DNA from: Eubacteriales bacterium
GTDB lineage: Bacteria > Bacillota > Clostridia > Oscillospirales > CAG-382
Assembly (NCBI GenBank): GCA_045600125.1
Contig: JAZRXH010000100.1
Location: 19,974 to 83,973 of the forward strand
DNA length: 64,000 nt
Direction: 5' to 3'
In this document: positions 55,684 to 64,000 of the stretch, piece by piece
Numbering within the stretch: the first letter of the stretch is position 1
How the letters are laid out: every line of letters starts with the position of its first letter
Position numbers and translations under genes: made by a program
Notes under the pieces: model-generated
The model's database searches: none
The model's input: the letters and a program-made list of their open reading frames with translations, nothing else
What the model was told of the DNA's origin: nothing

Positions 55684-55869
55684 ATGAAAAAGCACCACGC
55701 CTGCTCGGAAAAGGCAATGACCTTCACGGTACTGACCCTCGGAAGCGATATCAAGGTAAAGTGCGGCTGGTGCGGTCACGAGGTGACGATCCCGAGAGTC
55801 AAACTTGAGAAAAACATCCGCCGCATCGAGCACATAGAGCCGGACGGACAGCCGGATACGGATAAATAG
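55684..55869 (+). CDS. DUF951-family small zinc-ribbon-like protein (start probably upstream, non-canonical)
   Basis: MKKHHAC...LGSDIKVKCGWCGHEVTIPRVKLEKNIRR matches my recollection of DUF951 (YyzM-like). Conserved-looking residues FAIGDTLV continue in frame upstream of the first ATG. Confidence 0.7.
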   Translation: MKKHHACSEKAMTFTVLTLGSDIKVKCGWCGHEVTIPRVKLEKNIRRIEHIEPDGQPDTDK

Positions 55870-55899
55870 CCGATAAAACAGTATAGTTATGGAGATTTT

Positions 55900-56970
55900 A
55901 TGTTTGAAGCACTGAAGGATGCCGAGATCAAGTACGCCCGTATCGGCGAGGAACTGAACCTTCCCGAAACGGTGAGCGACCCCGAAAAATACCGCAGTCT
56001 TATGAAGGAGCACAAGAACCTCACTCCCATCATAGAGAAGTACCGGGAATATACCGCCTTTGAAAAAAGCATCGCCGACTCGGAGGAGCTTCTCCGCACC
56101 GAAAAGGACAGAGATATCCGGGAACTTGCCTCGGAGGAGCTGACCGAAAGCCGGGAAAAGCTCGAAAAGACGGCGGAGGAGCTGAAGGTCCTTCTTCTGC
56201 CGAGGGACGAAAACGACGACAAGAACGTCATCGTCGAGATCAGAGCCGGTACCGGCGGCGAGGAAGCGGCGCTGTTCGCCCACAGCCTCTACCGTATGTA
56301 TACCATGTACGCCGAAGCGAAAGGCTTCCGCACCGAGATCGTCAACATCAACGAGACCGAGCTCGGCGGCTGTAAAGAAGTCTCCTTCATGGTGGAAGGG
56401 GACGGAGCCTACTCCCGCTTCAAGTTCGAGAGCGGCGTTCACCGGGTGCAGAGAGTCCCGGAGACCGAGTCGCAGGGAAGGATACAGACCTCGGCGGTAA
56501 CGGTAGCGGTGCTCCCCGAAGCGGAGGACGTGGAGGTCGATATCAACCCGGCAGACCTTGAAATTGACACCTATCGAAGCGGCGGCGCCGGCGGTCAGCA
56601 CGTGAACAAGACCGACTCCGCCATCCGCATCACCCACAAGCCCACCGGTATCGTGGTGGAATGTCAGGACGAGCGAAGCCAGTATAAAAACAAGGACAAG
56701 GCGATGAAGATGCTCCGCACAAAGCTTCTCGACGCCGAGCGCACAAGGCAGGAGTCCGAGAGAGCCGGAGAACGGGCAAGACAGGTGGGAAGCGGCGACC
56801 GGAGCGAGCGCATCCGTACCTATAACTTTCCCCAGAGCCGTATGACCGACCACCGTATCGGTCTTACCCTTTACAGCCTCGAGCAGATCATGGACGGAAG
56901 ACTGGACGAGATCATCGACGCCCTCATCACCACCGACCGGGCGGAAAAACTGAAAAACAGCGAATTCTGA
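55900..56970 (+). CDS. prfA: Peptide chain release factor 1
   Basis: GGQ motif [22 protein letters not shown]1-type recognition loop [15 protein letters not shown]. Confidence 0.93.
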   Translation: MFEALKDAEIKYARIGEELNLPETVSDPEKYRSLMKEHKNLTPIIEKYREYTAFEKSIADSEELLRTEKDRDIRELASEELTESREKLEKTAEELKVLLLPRDENDDKNVIVEIRAGTGGEEAALFAHSLYRMYTMYAEAKGFRTEIVNINETELGGCKEVSFMVEGDGAYSRFKFESGVHRVQRVPETESQGRIQTSAVTVAVLPEAEDVEVDINPADLEIDTYRSGGAGGQHVNKTDSAIRITHKPTGIVVECQDERSQYKNKDKAMKMLRTKLLDAERTRQESERAGERARQVGSGDRSERIRTYNFPQSRMTDHRIGLTLYSLEQIMDGRLDEIIDALITTDRAEKLKNSEF

Positions 56971-57041
56971 AAAGATCCGCATACCTTGCAAAAAAGAAAA
57001 CTTTTTAACCAGCAGAGATAACCGAAAGAAGGAAAAAAGCA

Positions 57042-58094
57042 ATGGACACCAAAATACTGAGGGTCACCCCCGACCTTTCGGATAAAGAAGATACCGAAAA
57101 ACTCGCCTATGCCGCCGGAATCGTGAGGGCGGGCGGCCTTGTGGCGTTCCCCACCGAAACGGTGTACGGACTCGGAGCCGGCGCCATGGATCCCGAAGCG
57201 GTAAAGAAGATATTCGAGGTCAAGGGAAGACCCCAGGACAACCCGCTGATCTCGCACCTCGCCGCCGCCTCCGATATCCGGAAATACGCCTATGCCGAAG
57301 AAAACAAATATTTTTCGAGAATCGAGCATCTTTTCCCGGCGCCCCTCACGGTGATTCTGAAAAAGCGGGAGATGATTCCGGACGTGGTGACCGCCGGACT
57401 TCCCAACGCCGGCTTCCGTATCCCCGAGAACGCCGTGGCACGGAAGCTTATCGAGCTTGCGGAAATCCCGATCGCCGCTCCCAGCGCCAATCTTTCGGGA
57501 AAGCCCAGCACCACGAGAGCCGAGCACGTCATCGAGGATCTCTACGGCAAGGTGGACGTCATCATCGACGGCGGAGCCTGCAAGGTGGGCGTGGAATCGA
57601 CCATCGTCACCCTTGCCACCGATCCTCCGGTGCTTCTGAGACCCGGCGCCGTGACGCTGGAAATGCTGTCCTCTCTGCTCGGAGAGGTGAAGATATCTCC
57701 CGCCATTCTGTCCGAAATGCGGGATGATGAGATCGCCGCCGCTCCCGGCATGAAATACCGTCACTATGCGCCGAAGAGCCCCGTGACCCTCGTCATAGGG
57801 GAGGACGACAAGGTGCGGAATTACATCAACGAGCGCTGTGAAAACGAAAATCTTGCCATCATCTGCTACGACGACGATATCCCCTACATAGAATGCCGCA
57901 ACGTCTTTGCCGTCGGCGGCGAAAACGACCCCGCCTCGCAGGCACGGGAGATTTTCGATGCGCTTCGCAAGACCGACGAGTGCGCCTTCATCACGGGAGT
58001 CCTCGCAAGATGCCCCGAGACAAGGGACGGCGTGAACCTCGCCGTGTATAACCGGCTTCTCAAGGCATCCGGCTTCCACGTGATAAAGCTTTGA
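57042..58094 (+). CDS. tsaC: L-threonylcarbamoyladenylate synthase (Sua5/TsaC with SUA5 C-terminal domain)
   Basis: VAFPTETVYGLGA, KGRPQDNPLI, SANLSGKPS. Confidence 0.9.
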   Translation: MDTKILRVTPDLSDKEDTEKLAYAAGIVRAGGLVAFPTETVYGLGAGAMDPEAVKKIFEVKGRPQDNPLISHLAAASDIRKYAYAEENKYFSRIEHLFPAPLTVILKKREMIPDVVTAGLPNAGFRIPENAVARKLIELAEIPIAAPSANLSGKPSTTRAEHVIEDLYGKVDVIIDGGACKVGVESTIVTLATDPPVLLRPGAVTLEMLSSLLGEVKISPAILSEMRDDEIAAAPGMKYRHYAPKSPVTLVIGEDDKVRNYINERCENENLAIICYDDDIPYIECRNVFAVGGENDPASQAREIFDALRKTDECAFITGVLARCPETRDGVNLAVYNRLLKASGFHVIKL

Positions 58095-58144
58095 CGGACA
58101 TACATGGGTTTTGCGCCGTAAAGAACACAGAATAGGAGTAAAAT

Positions 58145-58831
58145 ATGCTTGTACTCGGAGTAACGGGACAGAGCGGCGCCGGAAAAGGCGAGTTCTGTGC
58201 CATTCTCAACAAGATGGGATACAAAAGCCTCGATACCGACCGCACCGCAAGGGAGGTCGTGGAGAAGGGAAGCGAGTGCCTCGAAATCCTCACCGGGCAT
58301 TTCGGAAAGAAGATCCTTTACCCGAACGGCTCGATGAATCGGAAAAAGGTCGCCGAAATCGTCTTTTCCGATAAAGACGAGCTGGAATTTCTCACAAAGA
58401 CCACGCATAGGTATATCATCGAAAAGATGAAGGAATGGCTCTTTGAAAGGGAGATTGCCGGGGATAAGATCGCCGTCATCGACGCCCCCCAGCTGTTCGA
58501 CGCCGGAGCCGACGAATACTGTACTTTCACACTCGCCGTCCTTGCAAAGGAAGAAACGAGGATCGAGCGCATCCTTGCCCGGGACGGGATAAGCCGGGAG
58601 GCGGCAAAAGCACGGATCGACTCGCAGGAAAAGGACGGCTTCTTCAAAGAACGCTGTGACTACGTGGTATACAACGACAGAGATCTTCCTGCGCTTCGCA
58701 AAGAGGCGGAAGGAATCGTCGAAGAGCTTCTTTCCAAGAAAGAATACTTTGACGACGAAAGCGGCTTTATGCGCTTTGACGGGCTGGATCTTGCCGCACT
58801 TTTGCAAAAAGGAAAGCCCGAAAAGCGCTGA
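58145..58831 (+). CDS. coaE: Dephospho-CoA kinase
   Basis: P-loop LGVTGQSGAGKG and the DAPQLFD motif. Confidence 0.85.
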   Translation: MLVLGVTGQSGAGKGEFCAILNKMGYKSLDTDRTAREVVEKGSECLEILTGHFGKKILYPNGSMNRKKVAEIVFSDKDELEFLTKTTHRYIIEKMKEWLFEREIAGDKIAVIDAPQLFDAGADEYCTFTLAVLAKEETRIERILARDGISREAAKARIDSQEKDGFFKERCDYVVYNDRDLPALRKEAEGIVEELLSKKEYFDDESGFMRFDGLDLAALLQKGKPEKR

Positions 58832-58923
58832 ACCGAAGCCCGGACACGCAGAGCCGGGATTACCGTATACTTGAAAGAAAGGAAGCTTTCGCTGCGGCGG
58901 GGGCTGTGACTGTGGATACAGGA

Positions 58924-59514
58924 ATGAAGAAAACCGTGACGATCCTCATTATTCTCGTGATTGCCGTGATCATCGGCTTCTCCTTCACGAAGGTGGACGA
59001 CACCGTAACGGACAAACTCCACCCGAGAAAATACGCCGAATATGTGGAGAAGTACAGTGAGGAATACGGCGTGCCGGAGGAGATCCTTTACGCCGTCATC
59101 AAGAGCGAGAGCAATTTTACCGCCGACGCCGTGTCGGATGTCGGTGCCATCGGCCTTATGCAGCTCATGCCCGAGACCTTCGAGTGGATCTGCTCGAAGA
59201 CCGGGGACGAATCGAATACCAGCTTTCTCTATGACCCCGAGGTCAATATCAAGTGCGGGGCGTACTACCTCAGTTACCTCTACGCCAAGTTCTCCGTATG
59301 GGAGACCACCTATGCCGCCTACAACGCCGGAGAAGGCAATGTGCGGGAATGGCTGGCAAACGAAGAATACGGTCTCGACGGAAGACTTGTCGAGATCCCC
59401 TTTGAGGAGACCGCCGGTTTTGTAAAGAGGGTGTCGGAAAACGCCGAGGTGTACAGAGAGCTTCTCGATAAAGAAAAGGCTTCTCCGACATTTTTCAGCG
59501 TCATCGGCGGCTGA
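58924..59514 (+). CDS. Membrane-anchored lytic transglycosylase (SLT domain)
   Basis: TM anchor TILIILVIAVIIGF. SLT motifs KSESNFTADAVSDVGAIGLMQLMPETF, AYNAGEGNV. Confidence 0.8.
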   Translation: MKKTVTILIILVIAVIIGFSFTKVDDTVTDKLHPRKYAEYVEKYSEEYGVPEEILYAVIKSESNFTADAVSDVGAIGLMQLMPETFEWICSKTGDESNTSFLYDPEVNIKCGAYYLSYLYAKFSVWETTYAAYNAGEGNVREWLANEEYGLDGRLVEIPFEETAGFVKRVSENAEVYRELLDKEKASPTFFSVIGG

Positions 59515-59558
59515 TATGCAAACGGAGATGCGACCGGGTAATATTTGAGAATACGCAT

Positions 59559-60263
59559 ATGCGATACAAAGAAACGGAAAGAGCAGAATTTTTGTCAAGA
59601 CCGAACCGCTTTATTGCCGCCGTGCGAAGAAAGGACGGCAGCGAGGAAAAAGTCCACGTAAAGAACACCGGACGGTGCCGGGAGCTTCTGGTGCCCGGAT
59701 GCACCGTCATCCTCGCAAAAGCCGAAAACCCGTCAAGAAGCACGAAATACGACCTTGTCGCCGTGTATAAAGAACGGGACGGGAAAAGCCCGCTTCTCAT
59801 CAACATGGACTCCCAGATCCCCAACGATGCGGCAGAGGAGTGGCTGAAAAAAGGACTCCTTTTCGGGAAAAACGCCAAAATCCGCCGTGAGGTGACGAAA
59901 GAGGATTCCCGCTTCGACTTTGCCGTCGGGATCGGGGAAAACGGCGAAACGGCGTTCCTCGAGGTCAAGGGCTGTACCCTTGAAAAGGACGGCGGTACTT
60001 ATTTCCCCGACGCTCCCACCGAGCGGGGCGTAAAGCATCTGGAAGGACTTCGGCGCATCGCCGAGTCGGGCGGAAAAGCCTGCCTTCTCTTCGTCATCCA
60101 GATGGAGGAGGCACAGTTCCTGTCCCCGAACGACACGACCCACCCGGCATTCGGAAGGGCTCTCCGGGAGGCTTCGGCGGCAGGCGTAGAGATTCTTGCC
60201 TGTAAATGCCGGGTCACCGAGGATTCGGTGGAGATCGGCGAAAGCGTCCCCGTGATCCTTTGA
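59559..60263 (+). CDS. sfsA: Sugar fermentation stimulation protein A
   Basis: FLSRPNRFIAAV...VHVKNTGRCRELL...EVKGCTL family pattern. Confidence 0.88.
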   Translation: MRYKETERAEFLSRPNRFIAAVRRKDGSEEKVHVKNTGRCRELLVPGCTVILAKAENPSRSTKYDLVAVYKERDGKSPLLINMDSQIPNDAAEEWLKKGLLFGKNAKIRREVTKEDSRFDFAVGIGENGETAFLEVKGCTLEKDGGTYFPDAPTERGVKHLEGLRRIAESGGKACLLFVIQMEEAQFLSPNDTTHPAFGRALREASAAGVEILACKCRVTEDSVEIGESVPVIL

Positions 60264-60300
60264 TTACGGATAAAAATGACAAAAGCGGAGTGGAAATATT

Positions 60301-60711
60301 ATGGTAAAAGAGATCATGAAGGATCCGCTGTTTCTCGCAAAGGTGTCAAAGCCTTCCGAAGCGGAGGATACCGAAACGGCAAGAGATCTTCTGGACACGC
60401 TTCTGTTCCACAAGGACGAATGCGTGGGCATGGCGGCGAATATGATCGGCGTATCCAAACGCATCATCGCCTTCGACTGCGAAGGAAAGTATATGCTCAT
60501 GTTCGATCCCGAAATCATCCGGAAAGACCTGCCCTACGAAACCGAGGAAGGGTGTCTTTCCCTTTCCGGAAAAAGAAAGGTAAAACGCTGGAAGAGCGTC
60601 AAGATAAGGTACCTCGATGAGAACAGAAAGGTGAAGATCAGGACCTTCACCGGTTTTACGGCGCAGATCATCCAGCATGAGGTCGACCACCTCGAGGGGA
60701 TCCTCATCTGA
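60301..60711 (+). CDS. def: Peptide deformylase, short 136-aa form
   Basis: EGCLS and QHEVDHLEG metal motifs. Motif 1 reads CVGMAANMIG. Confidence 0.8.
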   Translation: MVKEIMKDPLFLAKVSKPSEAEDTETARDLLDTLLFHKDECVGMAANMIGVSKRIIAFDCEGKYMLMFDPEIIRKDLPYETEEGCLSLSGKRKVKRWKSVKIRYLDENRKVKIRTFTGFTAQIIQHEVDHLEGILI

Positions 60712-60788
60712 GTGCGTGCCGCACAAAATACGAAAAAGCAAGATTATATTTTCACAGCTTTGACGAGAGCTGATAGGAGGAATAAAAA

Positions 60789-62210
60789 ATGGCTGAAAAG
60801 AAAACGACCGAAAAGAAGACGAAGGGCGAAGAGCTGAAAAAGGCGCTTGTCCTTGAGAACAAGAGCGCCTACGAGGCGTTCGACGCAAAAGAAATCACGG
60901 CGGCGTATAAGTATTGCGACGCCTACAAGAGCTTCCTTGACAACGCCAAGACCGAGAGAGAAGCGGTGAAGGAAGCCGTGAAGCTTGCCGAAAAAGCGGG
61001 CTTCGTTCCCTTCGAATACGGCAAAAAGTACGTGACCGGCGACAAAATTTATCTCAATAACCGGGGCAAAGCGCTGTACCTCGTGGTGTTCGGCAAGGAC
61101 TCCCTCGAAGAGGGCGTCAGCATCGCCGCAGCGCATATCGACAGCCCGAGGATCGACCTCAAGCAGCATCCTCTCTATGAGGACGGCGGCATGGCGTTCT
61201 TCAAGACCCACTACTACGGCGGCATCAAGAAATATCAGTGGCCCACCATCCCGCTTGCGCTCCACGGCGTGATCGTAAAGAGCGACGGAAGCGTGGCGGA
61301 CGTGAAGGTCGGCGAGGACAAGAACGACCCGGTCTTCTGCATAAACGATCTTCTCCCGCATCTCGACCGGGATACAAGCCGCCCCGTTTCCAAGGTCATT
61401 TCCGCCGAGAGCATGAATATCCTTGTGGGCTCGAGACCCTACGACGATGAAAAGGTATCGGATAAGATCAAACTCGGCGTGCTCGCTCTCCTTAACGAAA
61501 AATACGGCATCACCGAGGCGGATCTTCTCAGCGCCGAGCTTTGCCTCGTTCCCGCCGAGCACGCAAGAGATCTTGGCTTTGACCGCAGCATGATCCTCTC
61601 CTACGGCCACGACGACAGAGTGTGTGCTTATCCCATCCTCACCGCCGCTCTCGAAGCCGCAAAGAAGACCCCGAAGAAGACCTCCGTCACCATCCTTGCC
61701 GACAAGGAAGAGACCGGCAGCGACGGCAACACCGGCATGAAGACGAGAGCCTTCACCGATATGCTCGCCGAGCTCTGCGAGAACCGGGGCGAGAATTACA
61801 GACGCATGATGGCGAACTCCAAGTGCCTCTCTGCCGACGTGAATGCCTGCTTCGACCCCAACTTCGCCGAGGTCTATGAAAGCAAGAATACCTGCTATAT
61901 CAATAAGGGTGTAGCCGTGACCAAATTCACCGGTGCCGGCGGCAAGAGCAGCACCAACGACGCCTCCGCCGAGTATTTCGGCGAGGTGAGAAGGATCTTC
62001 GACAAGGCGGGCGTCATCTGGCAGGCAGCCGAGCTCGGTAAGGTCGACGTCGGCGGCGGCGGAACGGTGGCAAAGTACATCGCCGAGCTCAACGTGGACA
62101 CCATCGACGTGGGCGTTCCGGTGCTCTCGATGCACGCTCCCTACGAGGTCGTTTCCAAGACCGACGTGTACGACACCCATAAGGCTGTCCTTGCTTTCTT
62201 CAATAGATAA
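60789..62210 (+). CDS. M18-family aminopeptidase
   Basis: AAHIDSPRIDLK, GHDDRVC, DKEETGSDG, LSMHAPYE. TAGGAGGA RBS. Confidence 0.85.
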   Translation: MAEKKTTEKKTKGEELKKALVLENKSAYEAFDAKEITAAYKYCDAYKSFLDNAKTEREAVKEAVKLAEKAGFVPFEYGKKYVTGDKIYLNNRGKALYLVVFGKDSLEEGVSIAAAHIDSPRIDLKQHPLYEDGGMAFFKTHYYGGIKKYQWPTIPLALHGVIVKSDGSVADVKVGEDKNDPVFCINDLLPHLDRDTSRPVSKVISAESMNILVGSRPYDDEKVSDKIKLGVLALLNEKYGITEADLLSAELCLVPAEHARDLGFDRSMILSYGHDDRVCAYPILTAALEAAKKTPKKTSVTILADKEETGSDGNTGMKTRAFTDMLAELCENRGENYRRMMANSKCLSADVNACFDPNFAEVYESKNTCYINKGVAVTKFTGAGGKSSTNDASAEYFGEVRRIFDKAGVIWQAAELGKVDVGGGGTVAKYIAELNVDTIDVGVPVLSMHAPYEVVSKTDVYDTHKAVLAFFNR

Positions 62211-62289
62211 GCAGAGCAGGGCAGGACGAGGGGAGGACAAGAACCGAAACGTCCGGCGCTCTCCCCTTAAATCAAAAACTGAATGAACC

Positions 62290-62337
62290 GACCGCACTTC
62301 GGGTATGCTAAACTCCGGGGTGCGGTCTGTGTTTTTC
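62290..62337 (+). terminator. Rho-independent terminator after aminopeptidase gene
   Basis: Stem GACCGCAC...GTGCGGTC followed by TGTGTTTTTCC. Confidence 0.65.
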
Positions 62338-62378
62338 CTTTGCCGCACCTACTCTGTTCTTTGAAGGAGCAAGTGAAA

Positions 62379-63161
62379 ATGAGAAAAGCAAAGTTCACAC
62401 GGAAGAAAACGGATAACTTCTATACCGCCGGGTTTACAGCCCGGGAAAGAGAGGAAGGCGACGAGGAAACACGGGCGGCGGAAAGGAACAACGCCCGCTT
62501 TGAAGCCATCGAGGAATCGGGGAGCATCACCACGAAAGGCGGCGGATGCTCGATCCATACCGTGATCATCGCAGGACAGGTGGAGGGACATACCGCCCTT
62601 TCTCCCTCCTGCAAGGCGACGAAATACGAGCACATCCTCCCGCAGCTGGTGGGCATCGAGGAAAGCGGCGAGGTGGAGGGGCTTTTACTCCTCCTGAATA
62701 CCGTGGGAGGCGATGTGGAAGCGGGACTTGCCATTGCCGAGACGGTGGCGGGCATGACCAAACCAACCGTTTCCCTCGTCCTCGGCGGCGGGCACTCCAT
62801 CGGCGTACCGCTGGCGGTCTGTACCGACCGCTCCTTTATCGTCCCCTCGGCGACCATGACTCTCCATCCCGTGCGGATGAACGGGCTTGTCATCGGGGTG
62901 CCCCAGTCCTTTCTGCATTTTACGAGGATGCAGGACCGGATCCTCGATTTCATCACCGCCCATTCAAGAGCCAAAAAAGAGGATCTGCTTTCCCTCATGA
63001 TGAACACCGACGAGATCGCCACTGACGTGGGCAGCGTCATCGACGGCAGCGAAGCGGTGCGCATCGGACTCATCGACGAGATCGGCGGGTTGTCCGACGC
63101 TCTTGCGTGTCTGAAGCGGCTCATCGCCGAAAAAAGAGAAGGGAAAACGGCAAAACCGTGA
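62379..63161 (+). CDS. tepA: TepA-like ClpP-fold protease paralog
   Basis: KYEHILPQLVGIEE, LLLNTVGGDVEAGLAIAE, VLGGGHSIGVPLAV and MTLHPVR closely resemble my memory of B. subtilis TepA. Start at MRKAKF behind GAAGGAG. Confidence 0.8.
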   Translation: MRKAKFTRKKTDNFYTAGFTAREREEGDEETRAAERNNARFEAIEESGSITTKGGGCSIHTVIIAGQVEGHTALSPSCKATKYEHILPQLVGIEESGEVEGLLLLLNTVGGDVEAGLAIAETVAGMTKPTVSLVLGGGHSIGVPLAVCTDRSFIVPSATMTLHPVRMNGLVIGVPQSFLHFTRMQDRILDFITAHSRAKKEDLLSLMMNTDEIATDVGSVIDGSEAVRIGLIDEIGGLSDALACLKRLIAEKREGKTAKP

Positions 63162-63204
63162 AAAATGCCAATTATTACGAAACGGTAAAATCTTGAAAAA
63201 ACTC

Positions 63205-63233
63205 TTGACAAACGTATTGCACTATGCTATAAT
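63205..63233 (+). promoter_or_regulatory. Consensus sigma-A promoter of rpmG-secE-nusG
   Basis: Perfect TTGACA - 17 nt - TATAAT. Confidence 0.65.
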
Positions 63234-63344
63234 CGTGTTACCTCTGTGGAGGTTCTTATTTTTGCGCCCATTTTTGTAGGATTGGGGGTAAAACGGACCT
63301 ATCTGAGGGAGGTAATAATCTATATTTTACCGGGAGGTGCAAAT

Positions 63345-63494
63345 ATGCGAGTAAAAGTAACATTGGTTTGCAGCGAGTGTAAGCAGAGAAATTACGATAC
63401 TACCAAGAACAAGAAGAACGATCCCGATCGTATCGAGCTTAACAAGTACTGCAAGTTCTGCCGCAAGCATACCCTTCACAAGGAATCCAAGTAA
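63345..63494 (+). CDS. rpmG: 50S ribosomal protein L33
   Basis: [58 protein letters not shown]. Confidence 0.93.
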   Translation: MRVKVTLVCSECKQRNYDTTKNKKNDPDRIELNKYCKFCRKHTLHKESK

Positions 63495-63524
63495 TTTTCG
63501 GGTTATCGTAAAGGAGGTATAAGG

Positions 63525-63743
63525 ATGGCAGAAGAAAAGAAGCTTACCTTTGGTGAAAAGGTAAAGAAGTTTTTCAAGGATTACAAGACAGAGTTCAAGA
63601 AAATCAAGTGGCCTACAGCACAGGATACAACTAAGAACTTCGTTATGGTCATCGTAGCCGTAGCCGTTGTCGGTTTGGCAATATTTGCTCTTGACTGGGG
63701 CTTTAACCAGCTTATCACACTTGCAGCAAATCTCGTGGCTTGA
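63525..63743 (+). CDS. secE: Preprotein translocase subunit SecE
   Basis: 72 aa. EFKKIKWPTAQDTTKNFVMVIVAVAVVGLAIFALDWGF. Conserved position between rpmG and nusG. Confidence 0.85.
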   Translation: MAEEKKLTFGEKVKKFFKDYKTEFKKIKWPTAQDTTKNFVMVIVAVAVVGLAIFALDWGFNQLITLAANLVA

Positions 63744-63769
63744 CGCCTTTCAAAAGAAGGGAGTAAACA

Positions 63770-64000
63770 ATGCCTAAGGAAAGCGATGCAAAGTGGTATG
63801 TGCTTCATACCTACTCGGGCTATGAGAACATCGTAGCTTCGAACATTGCCGGAATGGTGGAGAACCGGGGACTTCAGGATTACATCTATGAGACCCAGAT
63901 CCCGCTTGAGCTCACCAGCGACGATCCCGAGGATCTCGTCGAGGAAGAAAAGGACGAATTCGACGACATCTGGGGAGACGACGAAGAGGAAGAGGCAAGC
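63770..64000 (+). CDS. nusG: Transcription termination/antitermination factor NusG (N-terminal part, runs off window end)
   Basis: KWYVLHTYSGYENIVASNI NGN-domain start and conserved gene order. An acidic insertion begins at ~63920. Confidence 0.85.
   Translation, partial: MPKESDAKWYVLHTYSGYENIVASNIAGMVENRGLQDYIYETQIPLELTSDDPEDLVEEEKDEFDDIWGDDEEEEAS

Overview
64-kb, GC-rich, densely coding chromosomal segment. All calls were made by eye from motifs; no database search was run.

**Likely source.** The gene content points to a Firmicutes/Clostridia genome (inference). The pointers are a glgB-C-D-A-P glycogen operon with glgD, ecfA1-ecfA2-ecfT-truA, a TepA-like ClpP paralog, rpmG-secE-nusG, AGGAGG-type RBSs and TGnTATAAT promoters.

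**Inventory.** I call 51 protein-coding genes. Two are cut by the window edges: a miaB-like gene at the left and nusG at the right. I recognise no rRNA, tRNA, tmRNA, CRISPR array, transposase, integrase or phage gene.

**Layout.**
- 0-4.7 kb, minus strand: miaB, hslO, GH28, methyltransferase, DeoR.
- 5.2-17.4 kb: pfkA, then the glycogen operon glgB-glgC-glgD-glgA-glgP-GH13.
- 17.5-28.3 kb: an accessory-looking carbohydrate island. It holds three divergent AraC-regulator/enzyme pairs (glycyl-radical enzyme, GH27-like hydrolase, GH2) plus a secreted beta-helix protein.
- 28.3-41.3 kb, housekeeping: histidine phosphatase, acyltransferase, EEP, smpB, yifB/comM, gyrB/parE-like, HAD, methyltransferase, ECF module, truA.
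- 41.35-41.83 kb: a structured non-coding repeat array.
- 41.8-50.8 kb: membrane-anchored beta-propeller-like protein, CvpA, zinc-ribbon Clp ATPase, catalytically dead P-type-ATPase-like protein, MntR/DtxR repressor, S1 protein.
- 51.0-55.4 kb: a ~1440-aa secreted repeat protein.
- 55.6-64 kb, housekeeping: DUF951, prfA, tsaC/sua5, coaE, SLT, sfsA, def, M18 aminopeptidase, tepA, rpmG, secE, nusG.

**Antisense ORFs.** Third codon positions are G/C-rich, so almost every real gene is shadowed by a long antisense ORF in the supplied track. These were rejected.

**Novelty.** No canonical defence or mobile system is visible. The best candidates are:
1. An orphan, divergent glycyl-radical enzyme with no activase in the window, under an AraC-type promoter.
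2. An intact P-type-ATPase homolog with every catalytic motif destroyed, next to a Clp unfoldase carrying a ClpX-like zinc ribbon and a DtxR/MntR repressor.
3. A 480-bp intergenic array of perfect hairpins and two 109-nt structured repeats.
4. Two secreted beta-helix proteins sharing a C-terminal module, one with a 273-aa tandem duplication.
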